DNA from: Dehalococcoidia bacterium
GTDB taxonomy: Bacteria; Chloroflexota; Dehalococcoidia; Lucifugimonadales; UBA3495
Direction of reading: 5' to 3'
Assembly (NCBI GenBank): GCA_965221385.1
Contig: OZ244885.1
Coordinates: 2,786,405-2,850,404 of the forward strand
Length of the DNA stretch: 64,000 bases
Positions within the stretch are counted from its first letter, which is position 1; each line of letters starts with the position of its first letter. The notes beneath the pieces are model-generated. The model saw only the letters and a program-made list of their open reading frames with translations, was not told the DNA's origin and ran no database searches. Below are positions 57,730 to 64,000 of the stretch, in pieces. The position numbers and the translations under genes were made by a program.

Positions 57730-59730
57730 ATGTCTCAAACCATTGTCGGCATTGATGTCGGCGGCACGTTCACCGACATTGCCATTCTCCGGGACGGCAG
57801 CCTGTCCGTTCACAAATTGCCGTCCACCCCGGCCAATCCCTCCCTGGGGGTGCGCCAGGGCATCGAGGAAATTGATGCCGGGCCCGCTGATTACGTGCAC
57901 GGCTCCACGGTGGCCACCAATGCCCTGCTGGAGGGCAAAGGTGGCAGGACTGCCCTGGTAACCACCCTCGGCTTTGAAGATGTCCTGGAGATTGGCCGCC
58001 AAAGCAGGTCTGACCTCTACAACCTGAACCTGGACCGGCCGCCTGCCCTGGCGCCCTGGGACTTGCGGTTCGGCCTGCCGGAGCGGGTGGATTACAAGGG
58101 GGAAATCCTGGAAGACCTGCAGGATGATGCCCTGGCCACCCTGGTCAGGCTGCTGGAGGAATCGGGGGTGGACGGCGTCGCGGTCTCGTTTCTGTTTTCC
58201 TTCTTGAACCCCCTGCACGAAGAGAAGCTGCGGGATGCCCTGCTCCGGTTGCCGAACCCGCCCTTTATATCCATATCCTCCCAGGTGATTCCCGAATTTC
58301 GGGAATACGAGCGCACCAGCACGGTGGTGGTCAACTCCTACGTGGGGCCGGTGATGGCCAGTTACCTGGGCGAACTGGAACAGTCCCTGGGCAGCAACCT
58401 GCGAATCATGCAGTCCTCCGGCGGCAGTATTACCGCTCGGTTGGCGGCGGAGCAACCCGTTCGCACCATCTTGAGCGGGCCAGCCGGCGGTGTGGTGGGC
58501 GCCTTCCACACCGGTCAGCAGGCCGGATACACCGACATTATCACGCTGGACATGGGCGGCACCTCCACCGATGTATCCCTGTGCCCCGGCCGCATCAAAG
58601 AAACCACCTCGGCCACGCTGGGAGGCTACCCCATTAGCGTTGCCATGATTGAAATTCACACGGTGGGCGCCGGCGGCGGGTCGATTGCCCGGCTGGACGC
58701 CGGCGGCGCGCTGGTGGTTGGCCCGGAGTCGGCCGGCGCCGACCCGGGGCCCGCCTGCTACGGTAAGGGAGACCAAATTTCGGTTACGGACGCCAACCTG
58801 GCCCTGGGACGATTGCGGCCCAATCAGTTCCTGGGCGGCCGCATGACCCTGGACCGGGAACGCTCCCTCCGGCTGCTTGAGGCCATGGCGAAGGAAGTGG
58901 GCGCCACCGCCATCGAAACGGCCCAGGGGATAGTGCGGGTGGTAAACGCCAACATGGAAAGGGCAATCCGCACCATTTCCCTGGAAAGAGGCTACGACCC
59001 CCGTCTTTTCACCCTGGTGCCCTTCGGCGGCGCCGGTCCCATGCACAGCTGCGAACTGGCCCAGGAATTGGGCATACCCCGGGTCCTGGTTCCCAACCAT
59101 CCGGGAATTCTCTCAGCCCTGGGGGTTGCCATTGCCGATGTGGTCAAGGACTACTCCCGGACGGTAATGCTGCGGGGCGAGGACATCAACCCAGTTCGTC
59201 TGGAGGAGGAGTTCCTCGGGATGGAAGGACAGGCCCGCCGGGAATTGGGTCAGGAGGGGCTTCCCCCGGAACGAATGGTTTCCCGCCGCTTCGTGGATGC
59301 CCGGTACGTGGGGCAATCCTTTGAACTCACGATAGACTACCCGGAAGTTTCCGGGCAGGCGGGGCTGGCGCGAGCCATCGCCAACAGCTTCTACCGAGCG
59401 CACCTGCAGCGATTTGGCTACGCCGACCGCAATGAAGCGGTGGAGATAGTTAACTTGCGGTTGAAGCTGGAACTGACCACCGACAAACCTTTGTCCCCCC
59501 CGCAGCCGTCGGAGGGTCCGGACGCCACCGCCGCCCTGGTTGAGCAGCAACAGGTGGTATTTGCCGAGGGAGCGCTGATGGCCAATCTCTACGATAGAGA
59601 CCTGCTGCGGACGGGCAATGTAATCGAGGGGCCGGCGTTGCTGCTCCAGCTGGATACCACCATCCTGGTCCCACCGGGCTGGCGGGGGACGGTGGACCCC
59701 CACGCCAACTTGATCCTGGAAATGGCATAG
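57730..59730 (+). CDS. Hydantoinase/oxoprolinase subunit A (ATP-dependent lactamase)
   Basis: IDVGGTFTD, HGSTVATNALLE, SGPAGG, DMGGTS and SAGADPGPACY. Confidence 0.92.
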   Translation: MSQTIVGIDVGGTFTDIAILRDGSLSVHKLPSTPANPSLGVRQGIEEIDAGPADYVHGSTVATNALLEGKGGRTALVTTLGFEDVLEIGRQSRSDLYNLNLDRPPALAPWDLRFGLPERVDYKGEILEDLQDDALATLVRLLEESGVDGVAVSFLFSFLNPLHEEKLRDALLRLPNPPFISISSQVIPEFREYERTSTVVVNSYVGPVMASYLGELEQSLGSNLRIMQSSGGSITARLAAEQPVRTILSGPAGGVVGAFHTGQQAGYTDIITLDMGGTSTDVSLCPGRIKETTSATLGGYPISVAMIEIHTVGAGGGSIARLDAGGALVVGPESAGADPGPACYGKGDQISVTDANLALGRLRPNQFLGGRMTLDRERSLRLLEAMAKEVGATAIETAQGIVRVVNANMERAIRTISLERGYDPRLFTLVPFGGAGPMHSCELAQELGIPRVLVPNHPGILSALGVAIADVVKDYSRTVMLRGEDINPVRLEEEFLGMEGQARRELGQEGLPPERMVSRRFVDARYVGQSFELTIDYPEVSGQAGLARAIANSFYRAHLQRFGYADRNEAVEIVNLRLKLELTTDKPLSPPQPSEGPDATAALVEQQQVVFAEGALMANLYDRDLLRTGNVIEGPALLLQLDTTILVPPGWRGTVDPHANLILEMA

Positions 59731-59782
59731 CGCCAATATTTCGCAGACCAACCGACTAAACCGAGAAAAGGATGTCTCATCT

Positions 59783-60646
59783 ATGACCTCAAGCGCCCAG
59801 GATCTGGCCCACCTCCGGCTCCTTGCCGCCTTCGCCCACCCGGACGATGAGGGTTTTGGCAGTGGCGGTACCCTGGCCATGCTGGTGGCCCGAGGCGCCC
59901 ACGTAACCCTGGTTTGCGCGACCAACGGAGATGTGGGCGAAATCAGTGACCCTTCCCTGGCTACGCCCGAAACCCTGGCCCAGGTGCGCCAGCAGGAACT
60001 GCGGGATGCAATGTCGGTTACTGGCGTCCCCGACGTGCGCTTCCTCAACTATCGGGATTCGGGTATGGCGGGGACTGAGGACAACGACCATCCGAATTCC
60101 CTTCACCAGGCCAGCCCTGTAGATGTGGTGGCAACCCTGAACCAAATAATCAGAGAGGTCAGGCCCCACGTAGTTATCACCCACGACCCAACCGGAGGGT
60201 ATGGCCACCCGGACCACCGGGCCATGTCGCGCCATACCACGGAAGCCGTCCGGTTGGCCGGCATTGCCGAACACCCTGCCTGCCCACAAAGCATCGAACT
60301 GGAGCCCTGGCAAACCTCCTGTTTCTACTACGTTTGCTTTCCTCGCAGCAACTTTCAACGGATATGGCGCAAGATGGTGGAGATGGACATTACGCCCCCC
60401 TTCGCCAACCGGGATATTGACCTGGTTGGCACTTCGGACGAAGAGGTAACCACCATCTTGAACGTTGGCGACTACGTGGATACGAAGATAGCCTCCCTGA
60501 ATTGCCACCGTACTCAGATAGACTCCAACGGCCCCTTTGCCCAGCTTCCCGAGGAAATGATGCGCGAAATCATGGGCATGGAGTACTATTCCCTGGAGAC
60601 GGTCGGCGATAGGGTGGCCGAGACCGATATTCTGGCCGGTTTGTAG
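59783..60646 (+). CDS. PIG-L family deacetylase/amidase (MshB/Mca-like)
   Basis: AHPDDE, DSGM, GYGHPDH and H.TQ. Confidence 0.9.
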   Translation: MTSSAQDLAHLRLLAAFAHPDDEGFGSGGTLAMLVARGAHVTLVCATNGDVGEISDPSLATPETLAQVRQQELRDAMSVTGVPDVRFLNYRDSGMAGTEDNDHPNSLHQASPVDVVATLNQIIREVRPHVVITHDPTGGYGHPDHRAMSRHTTEAVRLAGIAEHPACPQSIELEPWQTSCFYYVCFPRSNFQRIWRKMVEMDITPPFANRDIDLVGTSDEEVTTILNVGDYVDTKIASLNCHRTQIDSNGPFAQLPEEMMREIMGMEYYSLETVGDRVAETDILAGL

Positions 60647-60731
60647 GGAATGCGGCAAACGGGACTCAGCAGGGTCGCCTCCCCTCTGTATCTGTTTCGT
60701 CACCGGAACCAGAAAGGATTGCAGTAACGCC

Positions 60732-62327
60732 ATGCCGGTAGATGCCATAAGCCTGGAAGTCTTCAAAAACATGTTCATCTCGGTGTCGGAGGAGATGGGC
60801 GTCGCGCTGCTGCGGACATCCTACTCCCCCAACATCAAGGAACGCCGCGACTTCTCCTGCGCGATATTCGATATCGACGGCCAGATGGTGGCCCAGGCGG
60901 CGCACCAGCCCGTCCACCTGGGGGCCATGCCCGCCTCGGTTCAGGCGGCCCTGGATACCTTCCCCGGCGCCCTCCGGCCCGGCGACATGGTTATCCTGAA
61001 CGACCCGTACCTGGGGGGGACCCATCTCCCCGACATCACCCTGGTGGCGCCAGTCTTCGTGGATGCAGATGGGGGTAAGACCTTGGTTGGTTTCGTATCC
61101 AACCGGGGCCACCACGCCGACGTGGGCGGCATGACGCCCGGTTCCCTTCCCCTTTCGACCGAACTCTACCAGGAAGGAATGATTCTGCCCCCGATAAAGC
61201 TGGCCCGGGGCGGCCGGCTCAATCAGGAGGTGATACAGATAATTTGCCGCAACTCCCGTACCCCCGAAGAGCGACGGGGAGACCTGGCCGCCCAGATTGC
61301 CTCCATAAGGGTGGGTGAGAAGCGGCTGCGGGAAGTGGTGGAGCGATACGGCACGGAGGCAACCCACGAGCACATGGCCGCGCTCCTGGACTATTCGGAA
61401 AGGGTGACCCGACAGGCGATTAGCCAGATTCCCGACGGGCTTTACCGGGTTGTGGACTACATGGACGACGATGGTCTGACCGATGAGCCGGTTCCCATTG
61501 CCGTATCCATTGCGGTGGCTGGCGACTCGATGACCATTGACTTTACCGGGACATCGCCGCAGCGGCCGGGCTGCATAAACGCTCCCCAGGCCGTAACCAT
61601 GTCGGCCAGCCTGTACATGGTGCGGTGCGTGGTTGGGGAGGGAGCGCCGGCCAACCAGGGTTGCTTGCGTCCGGTGGAGATAATCACCCCCAGGGGTACG
61701 TTGGTGAACCCGGAACCCCAACGAGGTGTGGCCGGCGGCAATGTCGAGACCTCCCAGCGGATCACCGATGTGCTGCTGGCCGCCATGGCCCAGGCCCTGC
61801 CGGAACTGATACCGGCGGCAAGCCAGGGCACCATGAACAACCTGCTAATCGGGGGGCACGACCTGGATCGGGACCGGCCCTTCGTCTATTACGAAACCAT
61901 CGGCGGGGGCATGGGGGCCCGCCCCGACAAAGATGGTATTTCCGGGATTCATACCCACATGACCAACACCATGAACACCCCCATTGAAGCGTTGGAGTTC
62001 GCCTTCCCCCTGCGCCTGAAGCGGTATGCCCTGCGTCGGGGATCTGGTGGCGCTGGCCAAAGTCAGGGCGGCGATGGATTGGTCAGGGACGTGGAATTCC
62101 TGAGCCCGGCACGGGTGACCATTCTGTCCGAGAGGAGGAAATTTTCGCCTCCGGGCTATCACGGCGGCCACCACGGGCATACGGGGGAGAATGTTCTGCT
62201 GAAGGGTGGCTACGAGGAAGTTCACCTGGCCGGCAAGGAAACCCTGGACGTGGAACCGGGCGACATCCTGAGCATCCGTACTCCCGGCGGCGGAGGTTGG
62301 GGAGTTCCGCCCCATGAGGAGAGTTAG
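60732..62327 (+). CDS. Hydantoinase B/oxoprolinase subunit B
   Basis: [37 protein letters not shown] and TPGGGGWG. Confidence 0.93.
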   Translation: MPVDAISLEVFKNMFISVSEEMGVALLRTSYSPNIKERRDFSCAIFDIDGQMVAQAAHQPVHLGAMPASVQAALDTFPGALRPGDMVILNDPYLGGTHLPDITLVAPVFVDADGGKTLVGFVSNRGHHADVGGMTPGSLPLSTELYQEGMILPPIKLARGGRLNQEVIQIICRNSRTPEERRGDLAAQIASIRVGEKRLREVVERYGTEATHEHMAALLDYSERVTRQAISQIPDGLYRVVDYMDDDGLTDEPVPIAVSIAVAGDSMTIDFTGTSPQRPGCINAPQAVTMSASLYMVRCVVGEGAPANQGCLRPVEIITPRGTLVNPEPQRGVAGGNVETSQRITDVLLAAMAQALPELIPAASQGTMNNLLIGGHDLDRDRPFVYYETIGGGMGARPDKDGISGIHTHMTNTMNTPIEALEFAFPLRLKRYALRRGSGGAGQSQGGDGLVRDVEFLSPARVTILSERRKFSPPGYHGGHHGHTGENVLLKGGYEEVHLAGKETLDVEPGDILSIRTPGGGGWGVPPHEES

Positions 62328-62550
62328 CGACTGGGCGCCCAATGAATAGCGGCAAACGGTAGGATTTGGTTGCCAGTGGTTGCAGGGCTGGCCCGGGTTG
62401 TCACGACTTTGAACCGGAGCCGCCCTGCCTTCCGCATTGTCAGCCCAGCCCGCATTGACAACCCAGCTTGGGTTAGTGTATAGATTTCTTGTTGCAAATC
62501 GGCTTTTGGATGGCAAGGGCGAAATCAATGGCGAACATGGAGGAGAAGTC

Positions 62551-62793
62551 ATGCCAGATGTTTACTATGTCAGGCCAAGTAATTTCCTGTCCGACTCCCG
62601 GGACAAGACCATAATCACCGGGGAGTCCGAGGACGAGGTTCTTGGGAAGGTTTATGAATACCTTCGCAGCCCCCAGGGACGGGAGCGATACCCGGCAGTG
62701 GAAGATCCCACCGACTTGGAAAACAACATCCGCCGTTGCATTTTCGTGAAAGGCAACAAGGTGTTCGGGACCCGCGCGCCGGAGTCTGAGTAA
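62551..62793 (+). CDS. Small hypothetical protein (weak DUF1059-like segment)
   Basis: GGAGGAG RBS, upstream TTGACA promoter, downstream terminator; ITGESEDEVL segment. Confidence 0.7.
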   Translation: MPDVYYVRPSNFLSDSRDKTIITGESEDEVLGKVYEYLRSPQGRERYPAVEDPTDLENNIRRCIFVKGNKVFGTRAPESE

Positions 62794-62829
62794 CCCTTGT
62801 TCAACGGCTGAAAGGCCAGTCCGACAGAA

Positions 62830-62862
62830 TGGGGACCCGGTTCAACCGGGTCCCCAATTTTC
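62830..62862 (+). terminator. Intrinsic terminator
   Basis: TGGGGACCCGG-TTCAA-CCGGGTCCCCA followed by ATTTT. Confidence 0.8.
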
Positions 62863-62944
62863 TTGCCCATGCCTGAATGGGGGAAACGGGAGAATAATGG
62901 GCCTCCTTAAGGCAGTTGGCGGTAACTCTCCAGCGGGAGACGCG

Positions 62945-63289
62945 CTATTTCCCATCGTCAAAGCTGACGATGACGATAGCGTTGGCGATAAGAGTCCCGT
63001 CCGTCCCCTCGTCGTTCAGCACTTGCAGGCCGCCGTTCACCACGTTGATGTAACCGGTGCCGTGGGGCAGGGTGGCGATGACGGCATCCCCGTCCACCTT
63101 GCCGGGTTCTGGGACGCCAATGGTCACGTCAACCCGCATATCATCGGCGGTCTTGCCAATCAGCCGCTGGAATCCCAGGCTGCTGTGGTGCAGGGCATCG
63201 AATACGGCTCGCTTAGCCGCATTGGTGTAGTCCAGGCCATGAACGTCCACGCCCATTCCCATTTCGGTAACGCATCGTACCAGCGCCAT
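62945..63289 (-). CDS. Lin0512 family protein
   Basis: EMGMGVDVHGLDYTNAAKRAVFDA, VTIGVPEP, LPHG and GGL. Confidence 0.88.
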   Translation of the reverse strand: MALVRCVTEMGMGVDVHGLDYTNAAKRAVFDALHHSSLGFQRLIGKTADDMRVDVTIGVPEPGKVDGDAVIATLPHGTGYINVVNGGLQVLNDEGTDGTLIANAIVIVSFDDGK

Positions 63290-63402
63290 GTCAATCCTCC
63301 TACTCCAATACCTTCAAACATATAACTTGATTGGTTGAGTCCAGCCCTCCTGTTGACCTGCCGGCGAAGTTTGCAACCCATCCGGCATGGCCACCGGAAC
63401 CT

Positions 63403-64000
63403 CTAGCCACCACCGCCCCGAACCTCGAGGCTGGGCCTGGTCATTTCCTCCGGGTTCAGCAGTTCGGCCAGTTGATCTTCGGTAATGTCGGTGCGCAATT
63501 TGGCCACCTCCCGGATGGTACCGCCGGTAGCGGAGGCCTCCTTGGCTATGGCCGCTGCGGCATCGTAGCCGATGGCCGGCGCCAGGGCCGTCCCCAGCAT
63601 CAAACCCTTCTCCACCATGGCCGGTCCCACGTCGGTGGCCTCGATGCCCTTGACGCACTGTTCCGCGAAATTGTTGGCGGAGGCCGCCAGCAGGGAAATG
63701 GACTGCAACAGGTTATAGGCGGCAACGGGCATCATGGTATTCAACTCGAAATAGCCACCCTGCCCAGCCAGAGTCACCGCCGCGTCGTTGCCCACCACGT
63801 GGGCCGCCACCTGAATTACCGATTCGGAGATGACCGGGTTCACCTTGCCGGGCATGATGGAACTTCCCGGCTGCACCTCCGGAACCATGATTTCGCCCAG
63901 GCCGGCCCTGGGGCCACAGGCCAGGAAGCGAATGTCGTTGGCAATCTTGTGCAGGCTGATGGCGATGGTCTTGAGTTCCCCGCTGGCTTCGACTATCCCA
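63403..64000 (-). CDS. fumC: Class II fumarate hydratase (3' part; runs off the window)
   Basis: KIANDIRFL..GPRAGLGE, GSSIMPGKVNP and IGYD. Confidence 0.88.
   Translation of the reverse strand, partial: GIVEASGELKTIAISLHKIANDIRFLACGPRAGLGEIMVPEVQPGSSIMPGKVNPVISESVIQVAAHVVGNDAAVTLAGQGGYFELNTMMPVAAYNLLQSISLLAASANNFAEQCVKGIEATDVGPAMVEKGLMLGTALAPAIGYDAAAAIAKEASATGGTIREVAKLRTDITEDQLAELLNPEEMTRPSLEVRGGGG

Noticed and set aside
1..64000. CRISPR array, rRNA or transposase
   Set aside because: No regularly spaced repeat-spacer array, rRNA-like segment or transposase/integrase ORF seen by eye.

Overview
GC-rich bacterial chromosomal window with about 60 CDS and one tRNA-Glu(TTC). I found no CRISPR array, integrase, transposase or rRNA. 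The gene content suggests Chloroflexota/Dehalococcoidia, SAR202-like (inference only): F420 ligase cofE, an LLM oxidoreductase, lipoprotein family-5 solute-binding proteins with P/T-rich linkers, PrmC with NLPY, and futalosine-type menaquinone genes. Housekeeping genes (ftn, nth, prfA-prmC, dinB, hisH-hisA, dnaN, alaX, fumC) are interspersed with catabolic and transport genes, densest at 33.8-52.8 kb. Main observations: (1) a thioredoxin-NHL protein that the ORF track truncates because an in-frame UGA sits at a conserved Cys (C-U-I-N-C) and is followed by a SECIS-like hairpin, i.e. a probable selenoprotein; (2) an AroQ-fold protein lacking most catalytic residues; (3) a fluoroacetate-dehalogenase-type hydrolase with a complete catalytic signature, plus a CrcB fluoride channel elsewhere in the window; (4) a PIG-L/MshB-like deacetylase inserted between hydantoinase/oxoprolinase A and B genes; (5) tandem solute-binding proteins with 10 conserved Cys; (6) a nested palindromic MITE/REP-like element and several repeat arrays in intergenic DNA.
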